From: Chlamydiota bacterium
Lineage (GTDB): Bacteria > Chlamydiota > Chlamydiia > Chlamydiales > SM23-39
DNA length: 40,668 nucleotides
Assembly: GCA_039179045.1 (NCBI GenBank)
Contig: JBCDEZ010000006.1
Span: forward strand, 1-40,668
Direction of reading: 5' to 3'
Each line of letters starts with the position of its first letter. Position 1 is the stretch's first letter. Positions 20,580-30,958 of this stretch are shown one piece after another. Under the pieces are notes generated by a model that worked only from the letters and a program-made list of their open reading frames with translations, did not search any database and was not told where the DNA came from. The position numbers were made by a program, and so were the translations under genes.

Positions 20580-20795
20580 CTATTGCCTCGACCCTTGGAA
20601 CACACCGGTCAAAATTGCAGCAGAAACTCCGATGATGACTCCCCAAGCAACCATCGAGTAAGCAACGAGGTTTACTGAGCTGCTAATCGCTGCCTCTCCC
20701 CTTGTATGGAGCATGGTTTCATCCAAAGGGGGATAAGAATTGTATGCGGAAAGAGGGGAAAACAAGAAAAAAAAGGCGAGGAGAAAGCGCATCAT
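20580..20795 (-). CDS. Small signal-peptide + single-TM protein (71 aa; microprotein copy 2)
   Basis: MMRFLLAFFFLFSPLSA signal peptide, GEAAISS...W motif, hydrophobic helix; SD AAGGA. Confidence 0.7.
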   Translation of the reverse strand: MMRFLLAFFFLFSPLSAYNSYPPLDETMLHTRGEAAISSSVNLVAYSMVAWGVIIGVSAAILTGVFQGSRQ

Positions 20796-20867
20796 AAAAA
20801 CATCCTTAAAAAATCAAAGCATCGCCTCTTTCTTTTTCTTGAAAGAGGCGATGCTTGCTGTACAAAA

Positions 20868-21131
20868 TTATGAAGCGCTCGGCTCAGAAAACGTTGGAGA
20901 GCGATCTGTAGCACTGGTTGCAGCGAGCGTTGCAATCGTGACGAGGATTGCGAGCGTACCGATGGCAACAGGCCAAGCCATATCAAAGACGTTATCAGAG
21001 CTATCCATGGCAGCTACACCTTTTGTAGATTTGCCATTGTATTTGTATCCATGCTTTCCCATGTCGGCATGTGCAGGTATACTGCAAAGCATCATAGAGA
21101 GCACCATGCATAGGGTGGCGAATTTTTTCAT
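20868..21131 (-). CDS. Small signal-peptide + single-TM protein (87 aa; microprotein copy 3)
   Basis: MKKFATLCMVLSMMLCSIPAHA signal peptide (AxA site), GVAAMDS...W motif, hydrophobic helix; SD GGAG. Confidence 0.75.
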   Translation of the reverse strand: MKKFATLCMVLSMMLCSIPAHADMGKHGYKYNGKSTKGVAAMDSSDNVFDMAWPVAIGTLAILVTIATLAATSATDRSPTFSEPSAS

Positions 21132-21360
21132 TGTTTTCTCCAATTGTTAAAATCAACTAGCCTAGCCATTAGAACTAAACCTTCATCTAAAAACTAGAAA
21201 ACACAATGCGTATATAATTTTCCATAAGTTTTTCTTGAGAGGGAAGGTTTCAAGGAGATTTCGAAGCCCTATCTTACTGATAGCCTATCTCCTCCTGCAT
21301 AGAAATCGTTATCGCAATAAAAACGCGTTTCTAGTAAAGTGAAACCTTAAAGGAGAATTT

Positions 21361-21993
21361 ATGTCACGCGATTCCTCGAAAAATGTGGTTTCCCAGATTT
21401 GCTCTTTACTGCGAGAAGAGACCCTCGCGCCTGCGCAAGAACAAGCGAGGGAAATCCTTGAAAATGCCCGCGTTGAGGCCGGTCAGATCGTGGAAAAAGC
21501 GACACAAAAAAGTGCTACTCTGTTGAGGGAAGCTGAGAGTCATTTGGAGGAAAAAGAGCGGGCATTTACTACCTCTTTAAAGCGTTCTATGGATCAGGCG
21601 ATCGATACCCTCAAGCAATCCATCGAACACGAGCTATTCAGTCCTGCTCTCGCCTCTTTTTTATCGGCCCCTTGCAAGGATTCTCAGATCGCAGTGCGTC
21701 TTATTGAGGCAGTAGCGCGCGGTTTGGAGAAAGAGGGAGTAGAAGGGGATCTTGCCGTTTTTGTGGGCCAGGAAATCGATAAAAAAGCCGTTCTTAGCGC
21801 TCTGACCGAAAGCATGCAAGAGCGCCTTGGCCAAGCTTTGCATTCGTTACCTTTGGGTGAGGGAATCGAAATAAAGCTAGAGGGAGCTGGATTGACAATC
21901 GATGTAACAAAGAAAGCTCTTGAAGAATTTTTGCGACGGTTTATTCGGGAAGATTTCCGGAAGCTGCTTTTCGGTGAAAAGAAGCTCCTTTAG
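21361..21993 (+). CDS. atpE: V/A-type ATP synthase subunit E
   Basis: QIC..LREETL.PA N-terminus with coiled coil; first gene of the V-ATPase operon; SD AGGAG. Confidence 0.88.
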   Translation: MSRDSSKNVVSQICSLLREETLAPAQEQAREILENARVEAGQIVEKATQKSATLLREAESHLEEKERAFTTSLKRSMDQAIDTLKQSIEHELFSPALASFLSAPCKDSQIAVRLIEAVARGLEKEGVEGDLAVFVGQEIDKKAVLSALTESMQERLGQALHSLPLGEGIEIKLEGAGLTIDVTKKALEEFLRRFIREDFRKLLFGEKKLL

Positions 21994-21995
21994 CC

Positions 21996-22751
21996 ATGCT
22001 CTACTACTTTTTGAAGACCTCTTTTCCCGATCTGCAGTTGGATAAGTCCCCCGAGCTCTCTTTTGCAGAATTGCATGAGGTTCTTGTAGAGAATTTGTCC
22101 GAAAAAGACTTCGCTCTTTACCGGGAATTCCTCCTGTATATTGACCTGCAAAACTTGCGCTCTTTTATAGTGCGAGCACCGATTGATGCCAGAGGCTTTT
22201 TCTCCAAACAAGAGTTGCAAGAGGCGTTGCTCTTCCGGGAAGGTTTTCCTGAATACGTCTTTGTTTTTTTAGATCGGTTCGAAGAGACAAAAGACCGTCT
22301 TGCGCACTTTACGCAGCTATACATCTCCTTTTTTCAGAAGAAAAAAGAAGGGTTTTTAGGGGCCTATTTTTCCCACTTGCGCCAGATGCGCTGGGTGCTC
22401 GCTGCTCTGCGGGCAAAGAGCAAGGGAAAAAATTTGTTGCCAGAGTTGCAGTTTGAAGAGGAAGAGGATCTTTTGATTGCATACATCATTGCGCAAAAAG
22501 ATGCTGCACAGTTTGAACCACCTCCCGAGTTTTCTCGTTTGAAGGAGGTCTTTTGCCAGCACGAAACGGACCCTCTTCTATTGGAAAAAGCGCTTCTTGC
22601 CTACCAGATCGATGCGATCGAAGAGCTCGAAGAGGGGAAGCCCTTCGAAATAGATCAGGTACTTGCTTTTGCGATCAAACTGTTCTTGATCGAATCGTGG
22701 CATCTTCTCGACAAAGAAAGAGGAAAAGAGGCCCTCAAACGCATAGTATAG
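21996..22751 (+). CDS. V/A-type ATPase subunit C-like protein (DUF2764; CT309-like)
   Basis: YYFL.TSFP.L, D..NLR, F..D.VLA motifs; between subunits E and A. Confidence 0.82.
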   Translation: MLYYFLKTSFPDLQLDKSPELSFAELHEVLVENLSEKDFALYREFLLYIDLQNLRSFIVRAPIDARGFFSKQELQEALLFREGFPEYVFVFLDRFEETKDRLAHFTQLYISFFQKKKEGFLGAYFSHLRQMRWVLAALRAKSKGKNLLPELQFEEEEDLLIAYIIAQKDAAQFEPPPEFSRLKEVFCQHETDPLLLEKALLAYQIDAIEELEEGKPFEIDQVLAFAIKLFLIESWHLLDKERGKEALKRIV

Positions 22752-22769
22752 GAACGATAAGGATAGGAT

Positions 22770-24530
22770 ATGAAACAGGCAACCGGAGTGGTAACCAAGG
22801 CTTTGGGGAACCTACTGAGCGTAGAATTTGAAGGTGCGATCCGACAAGGAGAGGTAGGCGCTGTCCTACTAGGTGATCTCTCTTTGATGGCTGAAGTGAT
22901 CGAAATCGCAGGGAACCAAGCAAAAATGCAGGTTTTTGAAGACACCAAAGAAGTGGTGTACGGAGCAAAGGTCTCTTTTACAGGGCACCTTTTGGAGGCA
23001 GAGCTTGGGCCGGGTCTTCTGGGGACGGTGTTCGATGGACTACAGAATCCTTTGCATAAGCTCGCCGCGAGATCGGGACTCTTCTTAGAAAGGGGTGTCT
23101 ACGAGCCTTCCCTCGATCGGGAAAAGCGGTGGCTATTCACTCCTAGTAAAGAGGTGCAGGCGCCTCTTGTCCCCGGAGATCTACTGGGAAGCGTACAAGA
23201 GGGGAATATCACACATGAGATCATGTTGCCCTTCTCGTGTTACGGAGAATGGACTCTCGAATTTCTCGCTCCTCAAGGAGAGTACCAGATCGAAGATGCA
23301 ATCGCAAAGATTGTGGACAGGGAAGGGAATCTACATGAAGTGACGATGCTACAAAGATGGCCTGTCAAATCTCCCCTACAAATCGGAAAAAAACGGTCTC
23401 CTGAAGAGGTTTTGAATACAGGACTTCGAATCATCGATACGCAGTTCCCTATTTTGAAGGGGGGCACTTTCTGTGCTCCCGGCCCCTTTGGAGCCGGGAA
23501 AACTGTCCTCCAACAACACTTAGCAAAATATTCCTCAGTCGATATCGTAGTGATTGTAGCCTGCGGAGAGAGAGCGGGTGAGGTTGTAGAAGTATTGGAG
23601 ACGTTCCCAGAACTTGTCGATCAGAAAACCAACCGTCCTCTTATGGAGCGCACAGTGATCATCTGCAATACCTCCTCGATGCCTGTGGCTGCAAGAGAGG
23701 CCTCTGTGTATATGGGAACCAGCATTGCAGAGTACTACAGACAGATGGGGCTAGATGTTTTACTTCTTGCCGACTCGACCTCGAGATGGGCGCAAGCGAT
23801 GCGAGAAATGTCAGGAAGACTCGAAGAGATCCCAGGACAAGAGGCATTTCCAGCGTACCTCGCCTCACGCATTGCGGCCTTCTACGAGCGCTCTGGCGTG
23901 ATCTCATCTCGCGGGAAAACAGGTTCGTTGACCATGGGAACCACGGTTTCTCCATCGGGAGGAAATTTCGAAGAGCCGGTTACTCAGGCAACTCTTAGCG
24001 TAGTGGGGGGGTTCCACGCCCTTTCAAGAGCGCGTTCTGACGCGCGTCGTTACCCTGCGATTGATCCCCTTCTTTCCTGGACGAAGTACCTTCCTAAAGT
24101 AGGGAAGGTGATGTCCACCTTGCTACCCAACTGGACAGAATCGGTTCTTGCATGCGCAAAGATGGTGCGGGAAGGAGATGAGATTGGTAAACGGATGGAG
24201 GTAGTAGGAGAAGAGGGAGTCTCTACGCAAGATATGATTACTTATCTCAAATCGGAACTTTACGAGTCTGCTTACCTGCAGCAAAATGCCTTTGATCCCG
24301 AGGATACGTATACACCTTTGGAAAGGCAGCTTGAGATGTTCCGCTTGTTGCAACATCTGTTTTGCCAGGAATTTCGGTTCAACACGCACGATGAAGCAAG
24401 AACCCACTTCCTCGATTTACAGCACCATTTGAAGAATATGAATTACCTAGTCTACCGATCCAAAGAGTATCAAGAGGCGTATCGCCTGATTGAAGAGAAG
24501 ATAGGTCTATCTGCCGGAGTGTTAGTATGA
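22770..24530 (+). CDS. atpA: V/A-type ATP synthase subunit A
   Basis: Walker [42 protein letters not shown]. Confidence 0.98.
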   Translation: MKQATGVVTKALGNLLSVEFEGAIRQGEVGAVLLGDLSLMAEVIEIAGNQAKMQVFEDTKEVVYGAKVSFTGHLLEAELGPGLLGTVFDGLQNPLHKLAARSGLFLERGVYEPSLDREKRWLFTPSKEVQAPLVPGDLLGSVQEGNITHEIMLPFSCYGEWTLEFLAPQGEYQIEDAIAKIVDREGNLHEVTMLQRWPVKSPLQIGKKRSPEEVLNTGLRIIDTQFPILKGGTFCAPGPFGAGKTVLQQHLAKYSSVDIVVIVACGERAGEVVEVLETFPELVDQKTNRPLMERTVIICNTSSMPVAAREASVYMGTSIAEYYRQMGLDVLLLADSTSRWAQAMREMSGRLEEIPGQEAFPAYLASRIAAFYERSGVISSRGKTGSLTMGTTVSPSGGNFEEPVTQATLSVVGGFHALSRARSDARRYPAIDPLLSWTKYLPKVGKVMSTLLPNWTESVLACAKMVREGDEIGKRMEVVGEEGVSTQDMITYLKSELYESAYLQQNAFDPEDTYTPLERQLEMFRLLQHLFCQEFRFNTHDEARTHFLDLQHHLKNMNYLVYRSKEYQEAYRLIEEKIGLSAGVLV

Positions 24531-25828
24531 GAAAAGTGCATGATCGCATTTTAGCTGTGCGTGGTAGCTTGATCACCATCCGCGCCAAAAGAGCAGGCCT
24601 CGGAGAGCTTGCTTTGATTGAAAAAAAAGACGGTAGCCAAACACTCGCCTCGGTTGTCCGATTTGATGGAGATCTAGTCTCCTTGCAGGTGTTCGCATCT
24701 ACAAGAGGCATTTCCACGGGAGACCGGGTCTCTTTTCTTAAAGAGAGTATGCGCGCTACCTACTCAGAAAAGCTACTCGGTAGGCAGTTGGACGGCAAGG
24801 GTATTCCCCTCGACGGAGGGCCGCAGGTAGAGGGAAAAAAAGTAGCGATTGGTCGCCCCTCTTTCAATCCCACCAATAGGCGTGTTCCTAAAGAGCAGGT
24901 GCGTACGAACATTCCGATGATCGATGTATTCAACTGTTTAGTGAAATCGCAAAAGATACCGATCTTTTCTACGGCAGGCAAACCCTACAACGAATTGATG
25001 ATGCGGATTGCGAACCAGACAGATGCCGATGTCGTCGTATTGGGAGGTATGGGGCTTCGCTTCGATGATTACCAAGCTTTTTTGGACAACGCGTACCAGG
25101 CAGGTTCCATGGACAAAACGGTGATGTTCATCCACAGAGCAATTGACCCTCTCGTTGAATGCCTTCTGGTTCCCGATATGTCTTTAGCTGTTGCGGAGAA
25201 CTTTGCACAAAATGGGAAAGATGTCCTGGTTCTTTTGACCGATATGACAGCGTTTGCCGATGCCATCAAAGAGATTGCTATCACCATGGACCAGATTCCC
25301 TCTAATCGGGGATATCCTGGATCTTTGTACTCCGATTTGGCTTCCCGTTACGAAAAGGCAGTCGACATTGCAGGAAGCGGTTCGATCACTATCTTGTCGG
25401 TTACTACCATGCCTGGCGGCGACGTCACCCACCCAATTCCCGATAACACAGGCTACATTACGGAAGGGCAGCTCTATCTAGAAGAGGGGATCAATCCGTT
25501 CGGCTCTCTTTCGAGATTGAAGCAGCAGGTGATCGGCAAAGCGACGCGTGAAGACCACAACGACCTTGCCAATACGATGATTCGCCTCTACGCTGAGTCC
25601 AAAAAGGCAAAGGAACGTGAGGCGATGGGTTTCAGGATCTCGAAGTGGGATCAAAAATTGCTCCACTATGCGGCGCTTTTTTCCAAGCATATGATGAACC
25701 TTTCTGTGAATATCCCCTTAGAAGAGGCCTTGGATCTAGGATGGCATATCCTCGCGCAGTGCTTCTTGATGCAAGAGGTGGGCATCAAACAAGCCTTCAC
25801 AGACAAATATTGGCCTAAGCAGGGATGA
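24527..25828 (+). CDS. atpB: V/A-type ATP synthase subunit B
   Basis: [45 protein letters not shown]. Confidence 0.98.
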   Translation: MRKVHDRILAVRGSLITIRAKRAGLGELALIEKKDGSQTLASVVRFDGDLVSLQVFASTRGISTGDRVSFLKESMRATYSEKLLGRQLDGKGIPLDGGPQVEGKKVAIGRPSFNPTNRRVPKEQVRTNIPMIDVFNCLVKSQKIPIFSTAGKPYNELMMRIANQTDADVVVLGGMGLRFDDYQAFLDNAYQAGSMDKTVMFIHRAIDPLVECLLVPDMSLAVAENFAQNGKDVLVLLTDMTAFADAIKEIAITMDQIPSNRGYPGSLYSDLASRYEKAVDIAGSGSITILSVTTMPGGDVTHPIPDNTGYITEGQLYLEEGINPFGSLSRLKQQVIGKATREDHNDLANTMIRLYAESKKAKEREAMGFRISKWDQKLLHYAALFSKHMMNLSVNIPLEEALDLGWHILAQCFLMQEVGIKQAFTDKYWPKQG

Positions 25829-26433
25829 GCCAGGTCCGATTTACAAAAAATGCTCTTAGAGACGAACAAAGAAAGCTCTCTCAACTTGAAAAGTATTTAC
25901 CCACGTTGCAGCTAAAAAAGGGATTGCTGCAGGCAGAGGTACAAAGCACCAAAGGGACCATCGGTGAAAAATTGCGCCTTTTAGAAGATGCAAAAAGAGG
26001 CCTTGATCGATTCTCTGCACTTTTTGCAACTGACGCTTTGCCCTTTTCCAATCTACTGGAAGTCACGCATGTATCCAAGTCTTACGAGAATATTGCAGGA
26101 GTGGAGAGTCCTGTATTTCAGGGAGTCACGTTTCCCGATGAAATATTCTCTCTTTTCGATACCCCCGCCTGGTCTGAAAGTGCTCTTTGTTTTGCCAAAG
26201 ATGCGATCAAGATCCGAGAAGAGATCGCTGTTCTCGAAGAGAAAAAAAGGAATGTAGAAAAAGAGCTAAGGGATGTTTCGATCCGGGTAAACCTATTTGA
26301 AAAGATCCTGATTCCCCGCTCGCGCATATTGGTGCAAAAGATCCGCGTTTTCCTAGGCGATCAGGAACTTGCCTCTGTTGCGCAGGCAAAGATTGCTAAG
26401 AAAAAGACTGAGGAAAAAAGGGAGCGTTTATGA
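25825..26433 (+). CDS. atpD: V/A-type ATP synthase subunit D
   Basis: [29 protein letters not shown]. Confidence 0.95.
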   Translation: MSQVRFTKNALRDEQRKLSQLEKYLPTLQLKKGLLQAEVQSTKGTIGEKLRLLEDAKRGLDRFSALFATDALPFSNLLEVTHVSKSYENIAGVESPVFQGVTFPDEIFSLFDTPAWSESALCFAKDAIKIREEIAVLEEKKRNVEKELRDVSIRVNLFEKILIPRSRILVQKIRVFLGDQELASVAQAKIAKKKTEEKRERL

Positions 26434-28340
26434 TCATTCCTACAGAGAAGTATGTCATCATTGGATTGAAAACAGACCTTGACTCCTTTTTTCGCGATGC
26501 GCAAAAAAAGGGCTGTCTCGAATTTGTACCGAGAAAAACCTCCCCAAAGAGCCCTCTTTCTACTGAGGCGACCCTTCTTTACAAAGCTCTTCGAGCCTTG
26601 CGCTCTCGAGGATATAATGCAGATGGAACGGGGGGAGAGCTCGCTCCGTTGGTTGTGGCAAAAGCTCTTTGTGAGGCAGAAGAGTCCTACGTGCAGCTTC
26701 TCGAGAAGAAACGACTTTTAGAGGCGGAAGCCTCCCGGATCCGCCCCTTCGGAGATTTTGACCAGGAAAAGATCGCAGATCTCGAACAAACTACCCACCG
26801 TTTTGTGCAGTTCTATTCGAGGAAAGCGCAGAAACAAGAAAAGACCCCACCTGCTGAACTCATCTATCTTGCCACCGATCATGACCTCGACTACTTTTTC
26901 GGATTGCATCGGGAAAAAAGAGCGTATGAGGGCTATATCGAGATGGTGATCGAAAAGCCCTTGGGGCTGATTCTCTGCGATCTGAAAGATGTGGAAACAG
27001 AAATTGCACAGATCGAGCACCTTTTTACAGAGTATGCTGAATACCGCAGTCTTATGGAAGAGGCCTTGGTGGGTAAGCTGAATGAAGACCACTTAGTGCA
27101 AGCTGCGAGCCTGAGTAATGCAGAGCTTGAACAGAAGTTGTTTTCCGTGGAGGCCTACGTGCCGAAAAGTAGAGTCCATGCTCTAGAGGAGCTCCAGCGC
27201 TCTTACGCTGTCTATATCGAAAAGGTTCTGTTCGAAGAGGGGGAAACAGCACCTACCTATATGGAAAACCGAGGATCGGAGAGGATCGGAGAAGATCTCG
27301 TTCAGATCTACGATACTCCCTCTACCCATGATAGAGATCCCTCTTTTTGGGTTTTTTGGTTCTTCTCATTTTTTTATGCGGTGATCATTGCAGATGCAGG
27401 GTACGGCCTTTTGTACTTTCTTTTAGCGCTTTATTTGAAGTACCGATTTCCCAATTGGAAGGAGGGTAAAAAAAGGGCACAAAATCTTCTCTTGACGATC
27501 TCCTGTTTTTCTATTGGGTGGGGCGTGCTTGTTGGTTCATATTTCGGAATCAATTTGAGTCCAGAGCACCCCTTGAAAAAAATCTCTTTTGTGCAGTTTC
27601 TCGCAAAAAAAAAGGCGCGCTATCACATAGACAAAAAAGATACTGTTTATCAAGAGTGGGTGCAAAGATATCCCCAGTTGGAGGGAAGCGTAAGTCCAAA
27701 AGAGTGGTTTTTGGAGGGAAAAAATGTGATCCAAGGGAAAGTGCACTACAAGCTTTTGCAAGAATTTACTAATGCTATTTTGATCGAAATTTCCCTGCTG
27801 ATCGGGATCATCCATCTTACTCTTTCTTTTTTGCGCAATCTTCACGCGAATCCAGGGGGGCTTGGATGGATGATTGCGATGTTGGGGGGGTATCTCTACT
27901 TTCCTCCCTTTTTAGGAGCCGTGTCGATGGTGCAGTTCTCAGGGGAAATCCCAGGTATCTCCTTCCCCTTTTTAGGAAGCGCTCTTCTCTATGGAGGTAT
28001 TGGTCTTGCTTTTCTCATTGCGATGTATAAAGAGCGCTTCGCAGGTTTGCTCGAACTGGCCAATGTGATCCAGGTGTTTGCCGATATTTTATCGTATCTC
28101 CGCCTCTACGCACTCGCTCTTGCAGGCATGATCATGGCCGATACCTTCAACCAGATTGGAATGGAGTTTACTCCCTGGATCGGTTGGTTCATCATCTTAT
28201 TGGGACACTCTGTAAACCTTGTTCTCGGTGTTATGGGAGGGGTGATTCATGGTCTACGTCTCAACTTTTTAGAATGGTATCACTATAGTTTTACGGGAGG
28301 AGGAAAAGCCTTCAACCCTTTGAGATTGTTACAAAAATAG
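26430..28340 (+). CDS. atpI: V/A-type ATP synthase subunit I (a)
   Basis: Y.TP....RDPS, ADAGYG, DILSYLRLYALALA (essential Arg), IHGLRLNFLEW. Confidence 0.96.
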   Translation: MIIPTEKYVIIGLKTDLDSFFRDAQKKGCLEFVPRKTSPKSPLSTEATLLYKALRALRSRGYNADGTGGELAPLVVAKALCEAEESYVQLLEKKRLLEAEASRIRPFGDFDQEKIADLEQTTHRFVQFYSRKAQKQEKTPPAELIYLATDHDLDYFFGLHREKRAYEGYIEMVIEKPLGLILCDLKDVETEIAQIEHLFTEYAEYRSLMEEALVGKLNEDHLVQAASLSNAELEQKLFSVEAYVPKSRVHALEELQRSYAVYIEKVLFEEGETAPTYMENRGSERIGEDLVQIYDTPSTHDRDPSFWVFWFFSFFYAVIIADAGYGLLYFLLALYLKYRFPNWKEGKKRAQNLLLTISCFSIGWGVLVGSYFGINLSPEHPLKKISFVQFLAKKKARYHIDKKDTVYQEWVQRYPQLEGSVSPKEWFLEGKNVIQGKVHYKLLQEFTNAILIEISLLIGIIHLTLSFLRNLHANPGGLGWMIAMLGGYLYFPPFLGAVSMVQFSGEIPGISFPFLGSALLYGGIGLAFLIAMYKERFAGLLELANVIQVFADILSYLRLYALALAGMIMADTFNQIGMEFTPWIGWFIILLGHSVNLVLGVMGGVIHGLRLNFLEWYHYSFTGGGKAFNPLRLLQK

Positions 28341-28350
28341 GAGTACAAGC

Positions 28351-28776
28351 ATGGATTATGCAATGATTGGTCCCGCGATTGTTTTGGGACTAGGCTGCTT
28401 AGGCAGCGCGATTGGCTGTGGCATCGCAGGAATGGCGTCGCATGGCGCAATGAGCCGCGTTGACGAGGGGCATGGAAAATTTATCGGAATTTCGGCGATG
28501 CCCTCATCTCAGTCGATTTATGGATTTATCTTGATGATTCTGATGAAAAATGCTCTGCAAGATGGGAGTCTCTCTGCTTTGTCCGGGATCGGGATCGGGT
28601 TTTTCATTGGTCTTGCGATCATGACCTCAGCAGTCTATCAAGGAAGATGCGCTGCGACCGCTATTCAAGCGTGCGCCAAACAGCCTAGCATTTTTGGAAA
28701 GACATTTGCAGCTCTCGGAATTGTTGAATCATTTGCTCTTTTTGCTTTTGTTTTCGGACTGTTGCTCCTCGGATAG
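28351..28776 (+). CDS. atpK: V/A-type ATP synthase subunit K (proteolipid c)
   Basis: Four TM helices; PSSQSIYG, YQG and IVESFA (ion-binding Glu). Confidence 0.96.
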   Translation: MDYAMIGPAIVLGLGCLGSAIGCGIAGMASHGAMSRVDEGHGKFIGISAMPSSQSIYGFILMILMKNALQDGSLSALSGIGIGFFIGLAIMTSAVYQGRCAATAIQACAKQPSIFGKTFAALGIVESFALFAFVFGLLLLG

Positions 28777-28942
28777 TCTAGGGTTTTTTTCTGTGAGATC
28801 TTGGCAGGATAAAAAAAACTGTTTTCGCTATACATAAATCGCGCTTTGAAATATACTCACGAAAGTAATTTGATCAAGAAATTGATTACATAAATTACCC
28901 CCTTCATAGAAGATGGCTTTTTCCTCCCTTTTAGGCCATCTT

Positions 28943-29452
28943 CTATGAACTTTCTTTTGTATCCAGAGATCGCTTCCATTTCGTGATGAAAAATTGCGTC
29001 ATCAAGATAGGATGTCGTATCCATGTTGTAATGACGCGGGTATAGGTTACCTCCGTGATCTTTCTTTCAATTGTGTAGGGAAGATCTGCGTGTGCTTCTC
29101 GAATCCAGTTTCCATGGGGAGGAGGGAGCTTTTTCGGTAGAGCGTCTAAGGGGAAAAACGATACAGCTTGACTCTCTGCCGAGAGGGTTGCAGTCCCGGA
29201 AAGGATGCTCGCTTCATAGATGTGCGTGACTTGAGTTAAACGGTTGCAAGGGTGGTACGTGCCTACTTTGCGTGTGATTGCGATGGTATAACCCGTCTCT
29301 TCTAACGCTTCTCGGACGCAGGCGGCTGTAGGCTCTTCCCCCGGTTCAATTCCTCCTCCTGGTAGCACCCAGACAGGCACATCTCGCCTTTTTACGAGCA
29401 AAATTTTTTTTCGATTTTCAGTGAATACGATTGCAATAGCAGCTTGGTTCAT
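28943..29452 (-). CDS. NUDIX hydrolase
   Basis: Nudix box GGIEPGEEPTAACVREALEETG preceded by LLVKRRD..VW.LP. Likely start ATG 29452, since the upstream extension overlaps the divergent lipoprotein gene. Confidence 0.92.
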   Translation of the reverse strand: MNQAAIAIVFTENRKKILLVKRRDVPVWVLPGGGIEPGEEPTAACVREALEETGYTIAITRKVGTYHPCNRLTQVTHIYEASILSGTATLSAESQAVSFFPLDALPKKLPPPHGNWIREAHADLPYTIERKITEVTYTRVITTWIRHPILMTQFFITKWKRSLDTKESS

Positions 29453-29506
29453 GGCATTTTGTGCAAATTGTTCTAGGTAAATCTCCCTGCTTCGCGTTAG
29501 GATAGA

Positions 29507-29947
29507 ATGTCTATGCGAAGACCGTTTCAGTATGGTTACTTTTTTGGCGCTATTTTGTCTATTACAGGCTGTAGCTTTTCTCCGCAAGCGCTCGATGTGC
29601 AAAGACAGATCGTAACTGCAGACTATTTTGCAAGCAATCGAGTGGGAACAAAAGATACGATGAGATTTTCCCCCACAATAGGGGAAAATCTCATCGTATC
29701 TTGGAATTGCTCGGATGAGGAGTGGAATCTTGATCCTCAATTGGCTCTTATAGTTCGTTTGCAAGATCAGGAAGAAAAGATCCAGATACACCCCTTGAAA
29801 AGGCAGAGAGGGGCGCACATCTTTTTTTTCCCCTGTTTTGAGCTAGGTAGACAGATTTTGTGTTATAAAGTAGTCCTGATAGACCGAATAGGGCGGGAGT
29901 TGCGTGAGGAGCAGAGCCGGTTGTGGGTCGAAAAAATAGGCGAATAA
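29507..29947 (+). CDS. Putative lipoprotein, CT303-like
   Basis: Lipobox ITG|C, AS..VGT.D and GE.L.VSW motifs; located just after the V-ATPase operon, as CT303 is. Confidence 0.7.
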   Translation: MSMRRPFQYGYFFGAILSITGCSFSPQALDVQRQIVTADYFASNRVGTKDTMRFSPTIGENLIVSWNCSDEEWNLDPQLALIVRLQDQEEKIQIHPLKRQRGAHIFFFPCFELGRQILCYKVVLIDRIGRELREEQSRLWVEKIGE

Positions 29948-30007
29948 AGTGCCTTTTTCTGCACGCTCTTTGCAGGCGAAAATAATAAAAACAGGCACCT
30001 TAGATTC

Positions 30008-30958
30008 ATGATCTCCTTTGAAAACATTGTGAAAAGTTACCGGGGAAAGCGTAAACTCCACGATGTCTCTTTTCGTGTAAAAAAAGGCGAGAGACTTGTA
30101 TTGCTCGGGGGATCAGGGTCAGGAAAAACCACGCTACTCAAAATGGTGATCCGTCTTATCGACCCGACAGCAGGAAGGATTTTGCTCGACGGGGAAGATA
30201 TTGTGAAAAAAAACTTGATTGCTCTCCGTCGTCAGGTAGGTTATGCCATCCAAGATACAGGCCTTTTCGAGCATATGACTGTGCAGGACAATATCGCAAT
30301 TTTATTGCGCCTTTTAGGCTACAAAGAGGCATTTATTCAAGAGCGGGTCTACGAGCTTTTGTGCATGGTGCGTCTTGATCCAGAAGAGTTCGGGCAGAAA
30401 TTGCCAAGACAGCTCAGCGGGGGGCAAGGGCAGCTGGTAGGCGCTGCGCGCGTCTTCGCACATTGGCCGAAAATTGCCCTGATGGATGAGCCCTTTGGAG
30501 GGCTCGATCCGATTACGCGAAGCGAGCTACAAAGCGAGTGCATCGACTTGCAGACAAAATTGGACACCACTATGATTTTCGTGACGCACGATGTGCAAGA
30601 AGCGGTGAAAATGGGGGACCGGATCGTTCTTTTGCGAGAGGGGGAAGTGCAGCAGATCGGTACTCCGGCCGATCTCATTTGTTATCCTAAAAACGAGTTT
30701 GTAGCGGCATTTTTCTCCCACCAGAAATTCCAACTTTTCATGAATATGAAAAAATTGGGAAAGATGGCACTCCAGCAGGGGCGTCCGCAAAGAACCAGGC
30801 TTGGAGTAAACCAGACACTACTCGATGCGATGAATACCTTTTTTGAAGAGGAGGCCGATACGATCAGCATCTACCGCAAGGAGGTGTTTTTGGGAAACAT
30901 CAGCAAAGAATTGATTTTACAAGAACTGCAAAGTCTTTGGAGGCAGGGCAATGGATAG
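30008..30958 (+). CDS. Osmoprotectant (betaine/choline/proline) ABC transporter ATP-binding protein
   Basis: GGSGSGKTT, LRRQVGYAIQ.TGLF.HMTV, LSGGQ, LMDEPFGGLDPITR, FVTHD (OpuBA/OsmV-like). Confidence 0.92.
   Translation: MISFENIVKSYRGKRKLHDVSFRVKKGERLVLLGGSGSGKTTLLKMVIRLIDPTAGRILLDGEDIVKKNLIALRRQVGYAIQDTGLFEHMTVQDNIAILLRLLGYKEAFIQERVYELLCMVRLDPEEFGQKLPRQLSGGQGQLVGAARVFAHWPKIALMDEPFGGLDPITRSELQSECIDLQTKLDTTMIFVTHDVQEAVKMGDRIVLLREGEVQQIGTPADLICYPKNEFVAAFFSHQKFQLFMNMKKLGKMALQQGRPQRTRLGVNQTLLDAMNTFFEEEADTISIYRKEVFLGNISKELILQELQSLWRQGNG

Noticed and set aside
29453..29818. 122-aa N-terminal extension of the NUDIX ORF
   Set aside because: Overlaps the divergent lipoprotein gene; the NUDIX fold starts at ATG 29452.
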